Shown here: positions 27,454 to 36,836 of the stretch, piece after piece
How the letters are laid out: the number at the start of each line of letters is the position of its first letter
Position numbering within the stretch: position 1 is the stretch's first letter
DNA from: an uncultured bacterium
GTDB taxonomy: Bacteria > Verrucomicrobiota > Verrucomicrobiia > Chthoniobacterales > SZAS-18
Length of the DNA stretch: 64,000 nucleotides
Direction of reading: 5' to 3'
Assembly: GCA_963702865.1 (NCBI GenBank)
Contig: OY969764.1
Coordinates: 3,440,874 to 3,504,873 of the forward strand
Notes under the pieces: model-generated
What the model saw: the letters and a program-made list of their open reading frames with translations, nothing else
Databases searched by the model: none
Told to the model about the DNA's origin: nothing
Made by a program: the position numbers and the translations under genes

Positions 27454-29637
27454 TCAGAACATGTCCCGGATTTTTGCGCCGAATCGCGTGTAAAAAAAGC
27501 CGAGCGCAAGCAGGACCAGCCCGAGCGTTAGGAAGCTAAGCGCTCGTTCCATGGAGTCGAGTTGCCAGACATCGATGAAGACCACCCGCCCGAGCGTGGC
27601 CACCAGGATGAACAGGCCAAGCCAGCGATAAACGCGCTCGTGGAGAGCCAACCCTACCCCGAACACCGCAGCCGCGTAAAGCGACCAGCGGGCGGCCAGG
27701 TTAAAGGCGCTGCCGGGCAGAAGCGTTAGATGGTAGCTGACGTAACACCAGCCGCAAAGCGTGCCGAGCGTCTGGCAGGCTATGAGCAGCAAACGGAGAC
27801 CTTGCTCAGCCTCGTTCGAGTTCCTGCGCACCGAATCGGGACGCTTGGCCGCCTCGCAAAACGCAAGCGTGGCGGCGAGTACAATCACTATATTCCACCA
27901 CGGTGGCTGGAGACTCCCCGCCATGATTGCGGTGCCATAATGCAGGAGCCAGGAACCTTGCGCCGCCAGGAGATAGCCCGTGGCGAAAAACAAAACAGCC
28001 GGGAATCGCAGTAAGACGCCCAGGAGCAGTAGCCCCAACGCCGCCAACGCGAGGACAGGCGCGTAGGCGGGCAGGAAGGTGACCCTTACCGCAAGCAGCG
28101 AAAACCAAATGCTTGCTCCCAAGAGCGCAAAACAGGCGGTCGTGGCCTCCCAGAGTGGCCCCTTGCTCACTGTAGCGGAATGCTTGGCAGGGTCTGCCGC
28201 GGTCTCCACCAGCCGCCGCTCGCACCGCCAGCCTTCCTCCAGGAAGAATGCCCCCACCACCAGTGCGGCCAGGGAGGAGCCCGCCTTTGGCTCCATCTGT
28301 AGGCCGCCTTGCGCAGCCAAAAAGGCCAGAAAGGCGCTGAGGCCGGCCAGCGCCAGAAAACGCGTGCTGCCCCGGCGCTCGGCCGCCACCAGCAGGGCGC
28401 GGCTTTGCACCGCCAGGATGAGGCTGAGCTGCCAGCCGCTGAAGTAACTGATCAGGCCCAAAGTCACCAGGAGCACACCTTGGGTCTGGTAGGCTTTTTC
28501 GACTGCCGCTTCGATGGGTGGCCGGCGTCTCCGGCCGGCTTCACCCAAAACCAGGAGCGCACACCCGAAGCCCAGCGACCACCGCCAGAACGTGCCGGGG
28601 TACTCAGCCAGCAAGAGCCAGGTCGTCAGCAAAAAGAATGCGCCGTTGTTCAGGCCGACGAATGTCTCCTGGCGAGAAGCGGTCGGAACGCGCTCGCCGG
28701 ACACCGTCAAAATCGCCCAGGTGAACAACGCCCAATAGACCGCCAGGAAACCACTCTCGACCCAAAACCCGGCAACCGGCAAGTGGATGGTGTCCGGAGT
28801 GTCGAACCCCCGCCAGGTCGTGTAAAAGTGGAAGTAACGCCAGAAGGCGTAACTGCCGAACGTGGCGAGCAGGCTCGCAAACGGAAAAACCCGCCAGAGA
28901 TGGCGGCGGATCAAATAAACAGCGCCGCCGGAGAGCACCAGATTGGAAAACAGGGTAAAACTGGCGATCCCGTTAATGGCCGACGTGTAGTACGCGAGCA
29001 GAATGGCAAAAGTCGCCAGGATTTCCGACTCCCGCCGGTCCGCCAGCCAGACCATGAAGGCCGCCCAGGCGAGCAGCAGGAAACCCGCGAAAAAGTCGCT
29101 CTCCACGATGCGCAGGCGCGGATAGTAGTGGGCGGCGTAGGTGACGTAGTAGATCGCCGCCAAGCCGCCGGCGAAGACCACCCGCGCATAGTTTTGCAGG
29201 CCGATCAGCTCCCGGGCCTGCGGGCTGCGTTCCAGCCACGCGCCGAAAACGGTGACCGCTCCCGCCGCCAGATAGAGCAAGCCGATCTTCCCGCCCGCTC
29301 CCAGGTGCGGCACGACCGTGACATAGAGGTAGTTCCCGGCAAACGCCAAGCTCGTGAGCAACAGCACAATGCCGGTGCGCACCAACCAGACCGTGCCGAT
29401 CTGCATTTCCAGCGAGGTCGCCGCCGCTACCGGCGCCACGGCCGGAAGCGAGGGCTCAGGCGGCAGCGCCGGGGGTGGCGTGGCCACCGGCCGGGTGAAA
29501 AGCGGGACAGCAGCAGCCGCTGGAATTTCAGCGCCTTCCAATGCACCAAGCCGGATTTCCAGTTGCTCCAATCCGGCTGCCAGCGCGCGCTGCTCCTGCC
29601 GGATCTGTTGCAACTCCGCCTGCTGCTCTGGCGTCAT
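27454..29637 (-). CDS. DUF2339-like polytopic membrane protein (N-terminal coiled coil, >20 predicted TM helices)
   Basis: MTPEQQAELQQIRQEQRALAAGLEQLEIRLGALEG then a Pro/Ala linker and a long series of hydrophobic helices; 727 aa. Confidence 0.6.
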   Translation of the reverse strand: MTPEQQAELQQIRQEQRALAAGLEQLEIRLGALEGAEIPAAAAVPLFTRPVATPPPALPPEPSLPAVAPVAAATSLEMQIGTVWLVRTGIVLLLTSLAFAGNYLYVTVVPHLGAGGKIGLLYLAAGAVTVFGAWLERSPQARELIGLQNYARVVFAGGLAAIYYVTYAAHYYPRLRIVESDFFAGFLLLAWAAFMVWLADRRESEILATFAILLAYYTSAINGIASFTLFSNLVLSGGAVYLIRRHLWRVFPFASLLATFGSYAFWRYFHFYTTWRGFDTPDTIHLPVAGFWVESGFLAVYWALFTWAILTVSGERVPTASRQETFVGLNNGAFFLLTTWLLLAEYPGTFWRWSLGFGCALLVLGEAGRRRRPPIEAAVEKAYQTQGVLLVTLGLISYFSGWQLSLILAVQSRALLVAAERRGSTRFLALAGLSAFLAFLAAQGGLQMEPKAGSSLAALVVGAFFLEEGWRCERRLVETAADPAKHSATVSKGPLWEATTACFALLGASIWFSLLAVRVTFLPAYAPVLALAALGLLLLGVLLRFPAVLFFATGYLLAAQGSWLLHYGTAIMAGSLQPPWWNIVIVLAATLAFCEAAKRPDSVRRNSNEAEQGLRLLLIACQTLGTLCGWCYVSYHLTLLPGSAFNLAARWSLYAAAVFGVGLALHERVYRWLGLFILVATLGRVVFIDVWQLDSMERALSFLTLGLVLLALGFFYTRFGAKIRDMF

Positions 29638-29723
29638 GACAGCGGGAGGGACGCCGCCTCATCTCGGGTGCGCAATGGTTTGGGATTGTCAGCTAACATC
29701 TCGGTTCACTATCATCAGCGGCC

Positions 29724-30692
29724 ATGATCGTACCAACCGCCAAGCTTTACCCGATCGCCTACGGCCGCTACGCCATTGGCGCTTACAACATCAATAATCT
29801 CGAGCAGACCATGGGGTTGTTCCGGGGCTGTCTCGAAAGCCAGGCACCGTTTATCATTCAGCTTTCCAAGGGCGCCCGCAAATACGCGGACAAGCGCATG
29901 CTCGAGGCGATCATCCGGACCGCGGAAGAGATTTTTCCGGAGTCGATTTTCGCGGTGCATCTGGACCATGGCGATGAAGAGGCTTGTTACGATTGCATCG
30001 AGAGCGGCTTCTATTCGTCGGTCATGATCGATGCCAGCCACGAGTCTTTCGAGGAAAATGTAGCGATCACCAAGCGCGTGGTGGAGCGGGCGCATTCCCG
30101 TGGTATCAGTGTGGAAGCGGAGTTGGGCATGCTGGGCGGGGTCGAGGAAGACATCAAGGTGGACGAGGGCAACGCGTGTTTGACGAACCCGGAGGAAGCC
30201 GTGGAATTCGTGCGCGCGACGGGTTGCGACTCGCTGGCGGCGGCCATCGGCACGAGTCACGGCGCGTACAAATTCAAGGGGCAGCAAAGCCTGCACTTCG
30301 AAGTGATCGAAGCCATTCAGCAGAAGCTGCCGGGGACACCGATCGTCATGCACGGCAGCAGCAGCGTGCCGGTGAGCGAAGTCGAACGCATCAACGCCGC
30401 CGGCGGCACGCTCGATCCGAGTGCGCGGGGGGTGAACGAAGACGAATATCTGCCTGCCGCGAAGCTCGGCGTCACCAAGGTGAATATCGATACCGACGGC
30501 CGCCTGGTCTGGACGCGCGTGCACCGCGAGTTTTTCCGCGACAAACCGGGCGAGTTCGATTTCCGCCCGCCCGGCAAGACGTTCATGGACGAGTACGCGA
30601 AGTTCATCGAACAAAAGAACAGCAAGCTCGGCAGCGCCGGACAGTTGGCAGCGGTGCGGGCAGCGCTCAATACGCAAGGCGTGGCAGGCTGA
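29724..30692 (+). CDS. fba: Class II fructose-bisphosphate aldolase
   Basis: YAIGAYNINNLEQ...FIIQLSKGARKY...VHLDHGDEE...GTSHGAYKF...VMHGSSSVP. Confidence 0.9.
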   Translation: MIVPTAKLYPIAYGRYAIGAYNINNLEQTMGLFRGCLESQAPFIIQLSKGARKYADKRMLEAIIRTAEEIFPESIFAVHLDHGDEEACYDCIESGFYSSVMIDASHESFEENVAITKRVVERAHSRGISVEAELGMLGGVEEDIKVDEGNACLTNPEEAVEFVRATGCDSLAAAIGTSHGAYKFKGQQSLHFEVIEAIQQKLPGTPIVMHGSSSVPVSEVERINAAGGTLDPSARGVNEDEYLPAAKLGVTKVNIDTDGRLVWTRVHREFFRDKPGEFDFRPPGKTFMDEYAKFIEQKNSKLGSAGQLAAVRAALNTQGVAG

Positions 30693-30726
30693 TCAGTGTT
30701 ACAGTTGGTCTGGTTCAGGAACTGGT

Positions 30727-31134
30727 ATGGCGGACGGAACAATTTTCCTCAGTTATGCGGATGCCGATCGCAAGTGGGCGGACGCCCTTGCGGCTGGTTT
30801 AACAAAGCAGGGCCTCGACGTCTGGTACGACGCCAAGCGTTTGCTGCCCGGGGATAATTGGGGGCTCGTCAGCGGCCAGGCGCTGGAAAATGCGTCGACC
30901 TTGTTGGTTCTGTTATCGCCCGAGGCGGCGGAATCATCCAAGGTGCGTTCCGAGATCCAGTTCGCGCTCGGCTCGCTGCGATACAAGGATCGTGTCATCT
31001 CCGTTGAACTTAGCCCGGGGGGAGATGTCCCGTGGATCCTGCGTGAATTTAAGTTTATTCGCGCGACGACACCCTCGGAAACCGTGCGTGAGATCTTGTT
31101 GGCTTTGGATCTGGAAAAGACGCATTCATCTTGA
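30727..31134 (+). CDS. Standalone TIR-domain protein (135 aa)
   Basis: IFLSYADADRKWADALAAGLTKQGLDVWYD...LLPGDNW...LVLLSPEAAESSKVRSEIQFAL is a bacterial TIR fold pattern with a Glu at the expected catalytic position; AGGAA ribosome-binding site 8 nt upstream. Confidence 0.8.
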   Translation: MADGTIFLSYADADRKWADALAAGLTKQGLDVWYDAKRLLPGDNWGLVSGQALENASTLLVLLSPEAAESSKVRSEIQFALGSLRYKDRVISVELSPGGDVPWILREFKFIRATTPSETVREILLALDLEKTHSS

Positions 31135-31143
31135 GCAGGACGA

Positions 31144-31578
31144 ATGAGGCGAAGATCACGAGCCTGGCCCCCACAGGAGGTTTTTCTCTCTCACGCAGCG
31201 CGAAACCGCCGCTTCGCGACACGCCTGGCGACAACTCTGCGGGCCGCAGGAGTTCCAGTCTGGTACAGCCGGACGCATCTCGTCGGAGCACAGCAATGGC
31301 ATGATGAGATCGGGCGTGCCCTCGCCAGATGTGACTGGTTTCTCCTCCTGCTCTCGCCCGCAGCGGTTGACTCGGAATGGGTCAAACGCGAATTGCTGTA
31401 TGCTTTGAATGACAAACGGTATAAAAGCCGAATCCTGCCAATCGTTTATCAGAACTGTGACATGAATCGACTTTCCTGGACGCTGGGGAGTTATCAGCAC
31501 ATCGACTTTACCGGCAGGTTCGACGTTGGTTATCGCGAGTTGATGCGGGCGTGGGGAGTCAAATTCGATGCGGTTTAG
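31144..31578 (+). CDS. Standalone TIR-domain protein (144 aa), paralog of the preceding gene
   Basis: VFLSHAARNRRFATRLATTLRAAGVPVWYS...WFLLLLSPAAVDSEWVKRELLYAL. This is column-wise similar to the upstream TIR. It starts 9 nt after the first TIR stop. Confidence 0.8.
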   Translation: MRRRSRAWPPQEVFLSHAARNRRFATRLATTLRAAGVPVWYSRTHLVGAQQWHDEIGRALARCDWFLLLLSPAAVDSEWVKRELLYALNDKRYKSRILPIVYQNCDMNRLSWTLGSYQHIDFTGRFDVGYRELMRAWGVKFDAV

Positions 31579-31583
31579 CTTTT

Positions 31584-32417
31584 ATGCATATGTACTTATG
31601 GCACCTGACGATTCTCGCGGCAGTGCCAGCTCGTTTGCTGTTGATCGTCGTTGTTTTGATCCTGATCTCCGGCTTGCGCGTGGCGCAGGAGTATCAGCGG
31701 GGGGTTATCTTCCGCTTGGGGCGGTACGCTGGAATTCGCGGACCGGGCTTGTACTGGCTCATGCCGCTGGGAGTCGAAACCCAGAGCCTGATCGACCTGC
31801 GCGTCAAAACCGTGCCCGTCGAGCAGCAGGAAACCATCACGCGGGACAGCGTCACCATCCGGGTCAATGCCGTGCTCTGGTACAAGATCGTCGACCCGGC
31901 GGCGTCGGTCATTGCCGTGACCGATGGACCTTCGGCCGTCTACCAGCTCGCTCTGACCAGTCTGCGCAACATTATCGGCCAGCATGACCTCGACGAAGTC
32001 CTCCAGTCGCGGGATCGCATCAATGAGCTGTTGCGGCAGAGCACGGTCTCGGCGGCGGCGCCTTGGGGCATCGCGATCGAGCGGCTCGAAATGAAGGATG
32101 TCGAGCTGCCGGAAGCCATGCAGCAGGTCATGGCCATGCAGGCGGAGGCGATCCGTGAAAAGCGGGCGCGCATCATCAAGGCGGAAGCCGAGTTCGAGGC
32201 TTCGCAAAAGCTCACGCAAGCCTCGGCGATGATGATGGGCAATCCCGCCGCGCTGGAACTGCGGCGAATGCAGATGATCTCCGAGGTTGGCGCGGAAAAC
32301 AACAGCACGACCGTCATCATGATCCCGTCGGACTTCGTCTCGATGGCCAAGAGTCTGTCGGATTATATCAAGGATCGCCCAGCCAAGGAACCCGCGCCCG
32401 AGACTCCCCCGGCTTGA
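31584..32417 (+). CDS. SPFH/band-7 (stomatin/prohibitin/HflKC-like) membrane protein
   Basis: N-terminal TM helix, then QEYQRGVIFRLGRYAG...GLYWLMPLGVETQSLIDLRVKTV...ITRDSVTIRVNAVLWYKIVDP...; start ATG 31584 is 5 nt after the TIR2 stop. Confidence 0.85.
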   Translation: MHMYLWHLTILAAVPARLLLIVVVLILISGLRVAQEYQRGVIFRLGRYAGIRGPGLYWLMPLGVETQSLIDLRVKTVPVEQQETITRDSVTIRVNAVLWYKIVDPAASVIAVTDGPSAVYQLALTSLRNIIGQHDLDEVLQSRDRINELLRQSTVSAAAPWGIAIERLEMKDVELPEAMQQVMAMQAEAIREKRARIIKAEAEFEASQKLTQASAMMMGNPAALELRRMQMISEVGAENNSTTVIMIPSDFVSMAKSLSDYIKDRPAKEPAPETPPA

Positions 32418-32437
32418 ACTGACACCGCCCAACGCCT

Positions 32438-32926
32438 ATGCCCCTTGCCGCTGTCTCGCCCAAGCGTCTGCTTTTTATCTGCACCGGCAACTTCTATCGC
32501 AGCCGCTTCGCCGAGGCGGTCTTCAACCACTTGGCGGAGACGCGCGGGCTGCATTGGTGGGCGTTTTCCAGGGGTTTGGCCATCCATTGGGCGGAGGGCT
32601 ACATTTCGGAGTTCACCCGGCAGGCGCTGGCAGTCCGCAAGATCGAGTTACGGCATACCGGCGCGGGTCGCGTCCAGCTTTCCGAGGCGGACTTGCGGTC
32701 GGCCGACCTGATCATCGCGCTCAAGGACGAGGAGCATCGGCCCATGTTGACCAACATGTTCCCGGAATGGACCTCCAAGATCGTTTTTTGGGATGTCTCC
32801 GATCTGCCGCACAGCCCGGACGTGGCTCTGCCAGCGATCGAGAAAGAGGTTTGGAAATTGGCGGATGAACTGGAGCAAGCGGATCAGGCGGCCGCCGCAG
32901 AGCCGGTAGCCGATCAAACCTCATGA
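32438..32926 (+). CDS. Low-molecular-weight phosphotyrosine protein phosphatase family protein
   Basis: CX5R P-loop LLFICTGNFYRSRFAEAVF; ~162 aa; later Asp-containing loop WDVSDLPH. Confidence 0.7.
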   Translation: MPLAAVSPKRLLFICTGNFYRSRFAEAVFNHLAETRGLHWWAFSRGLAIHWAEGYISEFTRQALAVRKIELRHTGAGRVQLSEADLRSADLIIALKDEEHRPMLTNMFPEWTSKIVFWDVSDLPHSPDVALPAIEKEVWKLADELEQADQAAAAEPVADQTS

Positions 32927-33924
32927 GCGCATCGCCTATCTTTGGCGCCGTCACCCGCCGGCAGGCGCTCAAGCGAACGCTCGCCTTTAGCAGCGGCCTA
33001 CTGACGGCCGGATGGCTCCGGCGCCTGGAAGCGCAAGCGCCGGTGACCGGATTTGCTGATGACGGCATCCATTTGCTGGTGGTTGGCGATGTCGGCATGG
33101 GCAATGCCGACCAACGGGCGGTCGCGGCCCAGATGGCGGCGTTCGCGCAAAAGCTGTCCCAGCCGCTGAATTCCGTGCTGCTGATCGGAGACAATTTCTA
33201 CGGCAAACTGGTGCCGGAACGTTTTCGTCTGCACTTCGAGGAGATGTACGCGGCCGAACACCTGAATTGTCCGTTTTACGTCGTTCTGGGGAACCACGAT
33301 TACGGCCCGCAGTACGATTCCGGGCAGGGACGGGCGAAAGCGGACATGCAGTTGGCCTATGCCGAGGCGAATCCAGCCTCACGCTGGAAACAACCGGCCA
33401 AATGGTACACGCAGGAGCTCTCACGCGGGGATGAGCCGCTGGTCAAAATGATTTGCTTCGACAGCAATTACTTCGATGGAGCGCTTACGCCGCAGGAGAA
33501 GCTCGACCAACAGAGATTTATCGCCGCGGAGCTCCCCAAGCTGACCAGCGCGCCCTGGCTGTGGATGGTGGCGCACCACCCGTTCTTTAGCAACAGTTTG
33601 CATGGCGACAACCAGGGATTGATCGACCGCTTCGGGCGGCAGCTCATCGACAATCCGGTCGCGCTCTACATTGCGGGACACGATCACGGCTTGCAGCATC
33701 TCCAGGTGGAAGGTTACAAGACGAGCTTCATCGTGTCGGGCGCCGGTGGGGCAGGATTATACGACGTCAAACCCAACGAGCGTGGGTTTGTCGACAAGAT
33801 TTTCGGCTTCAGCCACATCTACGTGACCCCGACCTTCTGCGACGTGCAATACATCGACACCGCAGGCCGCTGTTTACATGCGTTCCGCCGGAATCTGGCG
33901 GGCGACATCAAGGTGACGGCGTAG
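32923..33924 (+). CDS. Tat-secreted metallophosphoesterase (calcineurin-like/purple-acid-phosphatase-like)
   Basis: Twin-arginine leader VTRRQALKRTLAFSSGLL; metal-binding blocks GDVGMG, GDNFY, GNHDY, GHDHGLQH; ATGA overlap with the phosphatase gene. Confidence 0.8.
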   Translation: MSASPIFGAVTRRQALKRTLAFSSGLLTAGWLRRLEAQAPVTGFADDGIHLLVVGDVGMGNADQRAVAAQMAAFAQKLSQPLNSVLLIGDNFYGKLVPERFRLHFEEMYAAEHLNCPFYVVLGNHDYGPQYDSGQGRAKADMQLAYAEANPASRWKQPAKWYTQELSRGDEPLVKMICFDSNYFDGALTPQEKLDQQRFIAAELPKLTSAPWLWMVAHHPFFSNSLHGDNQGLIDRFGRQLIDNPVALYIAGHDHGLQHLQVEGYKTSFIVSGAGGAGLYDVKPNERGFVDKIFGFSHIYVTPTFCDVQYIDTAGRCLHAFRRNLAGDIKVTA

Positions 33925-33947
33925 CGGCGGTATCACCACCCGAGTAG

Positions 33948-36770
33948 CTAACCGGTCGTGCGCAGGCCGCTGGCGATCGCGTTGATCGAGAGCAGGAGTT
34001 CAGGCAACATGCGCTTGGCGGCAGGTTCGTCCCCGGCGGCTTGCAGGGCGCGCCAGCGCTTCAACAGCTCGATTTGCTCGCGATGCAAGATGCGCAGGGC
34101 ATCAGCGCGCAAGGCCAGCGTCTTGGCGGCACGGGGGCGCTGGTTCATGTTCGGGCGGTCGAAACACACGGCCAGCATGGCCCGCGTGAGATGGATTTCG
34201 TCCATGATCCGGCCCAGGAAACGCCCGCGCACTTCCGCGTTGGGGACGAGACCCGCGTAATCGGACATGATGCGCTCATCGGTGCTGGCGAGATTGGTCT
34301 CCACGTTCATCAGCACGTAGCGCAGAAACGGCCACCCGCCGCGCAGGCAGGCTTTCAGATCTTCGAAAGCCGCGGCATCCGCCCTTTGCAGGTGGGCCAG
34401 CGCGTGGCCGACGCCAAACCAGCCGGGCAAATAGAATCGCGCCTGATTCCAACTGAAAACCCACGGAATGGCGCGCAAATCCGCCAGGGTCCGGGTGCCC
34501 GTCCGGCGCGATGGCCGGGAACCGATGCTGCTCGACTCCAGCGCGTCGATCGGCGTGGCCTGGCTGTAAAACTCCATGAAGCCGTCCGCTCCCAGCAAGC
34601 CTTCGTAAGCTTCCCGGCTGGCGCGCACGAGCAGATCGACCGCCGCGGCCACGTCCGCGGACACGGGAGCGGCGGCGCCGGTCGCCGGGCGCAGGGAAGT
34701 CGCGGCGGTGCCCGCCAGCAGCAACTCGAGATTGAAATTCGCGGTTGCGCTGTTCGCGTACTTTTGCGCGATGGTCTCGCCCTGCTCCGTCAGCCGCAGA
34801 TCACCGTTGACCGTGCCAGCCGGCAGCGCGTCGAGGAAGCGATGGGTCGGTCCGGCGCCGCGGCTGATCGTCCCGCCGCGGCCATGGAAAAACCGGATGC
34901 GCACGCCCGCCTCGGCCGCCAGCGACGCCAGGGCGGATTGCGCGCGGTGCAGCGCCCATTGGCTCGCCAGGATACCGCTTTCCTTGTTGCTATCGCTGTA
35001 ACCGATCATTACCTGCTGGACGAGCAAGGGTTGACTGTCCGCCAACTGGGAAGCCTTCCCCGGACCGGTCACATTCGCGGCCGCGGCGAGGCTCCGCCGA
35101 GTCACCGGGTGCGCCAGAAAGGCGCGCATGATAGCCGGTGCGCGTTGCAGGTCTTCGGCGGTTTCAAAGAGCGGCGTCACCGGCAGCAAGCACACCAGGC
35201 CCTCCGGCGTGCTCCGCGCTAGACCCGCCTCGCGGGCCAGGAGGTAAACGACCAGCAGATCGCTCAATTGCCGCGTCATGCTGACGATCAGGGCCCCCAG
35301 CCCGCCGGGACCGTGCGCATCGTAAGACTCCACCAGCGTCCGGTAGCAGGAAAGAACGGCGTCGGCTTCCGGACCGGCGGAAGCCGCGACATGCGCGAAA
35401 GGACGCGACGATTGGAGTTCCTCCTCGACGAAGGCGAGCCGCTTCTCCTCGGGCCATTGCGAGAATTCTGCTCCCGGATAGCCCGCCAAGGTCAGGAGTT
35501 GGCCGAGCGCGCGGTCGTGAAAGGCGGAGTTTTGCCGGATGTCGAGCGCCGCCAGATGGAACCCGAAGGTGTCTACCGTGCGCAGGACCGGCAGCACGTC
35601 GCGCGCGGCGATCCGGCCAGCGCCGACCTCGACGAGCGAGGCGTACAGATGTTCTAGATCGCGGGAGAGCTCGGCGGCCCGGGCATAGGTGTGCGGGGCC
35701 TGGGGAGCCTGGCCAGCGACGGGCAGCTTCATCATCAGCAAGCGCACGAACTGCTTCCAGGGTTCCTCCGGCGAATCGTGCAGGATGGCTTCGCCCCGCT
35801 CCCCGGCGTCCGCGATCAGATGGGTCAGGCGGGAGGAAAAGGAGGCCAGCGGACTCTGCACATGGTGGGACAGGCAAAGCCGGCCGGCGAGATGTTCGAG
35901 CTGGCGGCCGATCACCTGCAAGCCGCCCGCCCGCAACTCCGCCAGTGTCTCGCGTGTCGTCTCCGCCGTCACCAGCGGATGGCCGTCCCGATCTCCGCCC
36001 ACCCAGGTGCCGAAGCGCAGCCGCGGCAAGGCCCGGCCGTCGCCCAAGAGCTTCGGATCGAAGCCCGTGGCCTGCCAGGCCTGGCGCAGGCGTAGGTCCA
36101 GTTCCGGCAACGCGCGCGGGAAGACCTCGCGGAAATAATACATCAGGTTGCGCCGTTCGGCGGCGACTTCCGGCTTGCGCAGGAGGATCTCCCCGGTGCG
36201 CCAAAGGCGCTCAAGGGTCACCTTGATCTCGTCTCGTAAGTCGGCGAGTTCCAGCGGCGTCTGGCGAGGATCTTCCCGCGTTTGCAACAGCCGAAAGAGG
36301 CGGCGGTGCTGCTCGAGTGCCGTGGCGCGCTTGGCCTCGGTTGGATGCGCGGTCAGGACGGGTTCGACGACGATTCCGGCCAGGCCGGCGGCGATTTCTT
36401 CCGCGCTCAGACCGGCCCCGGCCAGCCGGAGAAGATTCGCGCCCCAAAGCCCCGGTTCCGCCGCGGGACCGGCGATCTTCTCGCGCATACGGCGGACCTG
36501 GGCGGAAACGTTTTCTTCAATTAAGTTCAGGAGTTGGAACGCCGTGGCGTAGACCTGGCCGAGCCGCGCGGGGAACTCCCGGGCAGATTCTTCGGCGGCG
36601 CCCGCACCGGTCGACGCGGCATTCTTTGAGCCAGTCCAGGGCACGAAGGCGGCGAGTTGCGGCTCGCCCAGATCGATGAGCACCTCGCAGAGGCATTCCA
36701 TGACGAAGGCCAGATCCTCGTCAATCTTGACCAGGCCGGCTTCCAGCAGTTCGGCGGGGGCGGCGCTCAT
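33948..36770 (-). CDS. ppc: Phosphoenolpyruvate carboxylase
   Basis: VLTAHPTE signature, GRGGTISRGAGP, ~940 aa from internal ATG 36768-36770 (MSAAPAELLEAGL...). Confidence 0.9.
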   Translation of the reverse strand: MSAAPAELLEAGLVKIDEDLAFVMECLCEVLIDLGEPQLAAFVPWTGSKNAASTGAGAAEESAREFPARLGQVYATAFQLLNLIEENVSAQVRRMREKIAGPAAEPGLWGANLLRLAGAGLSAEEIAAGLAGIVVEPVLTAHPTEAKRATALEQHRRLFRLLQTREDPRQTPLELADLRDEIKVTLERLWRTGEILLRKPEVAAERRNLMYYFREVFPRALPELDLRLRQAWQATGFDPKLLGDGRALPRLRFGTWVGGDRDGHPLVTAETTRETLAELRAGGLQVIGRQLEHLAGRLCLSHHVQSPLASFSSRLTHLIADAGERGEAILHDSPEEPWKQFVRLLMMKLPVAGQAPQAPHTYARAAELSRDLEHLYASLVEVGAGRIAARDVLPVLRTVDTFGFHLAALDIRQNSAFHDRALGQLLTLAGYPGAEFSQWPEEKRLAFVEEELQSSRPFAHVAASAGPEADAVLSCYRTLVESYDAHGPGGLGALIVSMTRQLSDLLVVYLLAREAGLARSTPEGLVCLLPVTPLFETAEDLQRAPAIMRAFLAHPVTRRSLAAAANVTGPGKASQLADSQPLLVQQVMIGYSDSNKESGILASQWALHRAQSALASLAAEAGVRIRFFHGRGGTISRGAGPTHRFLDALPAGTVNGDLRLTEQGETIAQKYANSATANFNLELLLAGTAATSLRPATGAAAPVSADVAAAVDLLVRASREAYEGLLGADGFMEFYSQATPIDALESSSIGSRPSRRTGTRTLADLRAIPWVFSWNQARFYLPGWFGVGHALAHLQRADAAAFEDLKACLRGGWPFLRYVLMNVETNLASTDERIMSDYAGLVPNAEVRGRFLGRIMDEIHLTRAMLAVCFDRPNMNQRPRAAKTLALRADALRILHREQIELLKRWRALQAAGDEPAAKRMLPELLLSINAIASGLRTTG

Positions 36771-36836
36771 TGGCGATAGCTCTGCGCATGGCCGCCGCAC
36801 GGACCAGTGCGCCGGCAAAGGATACCCATGCCGGAT

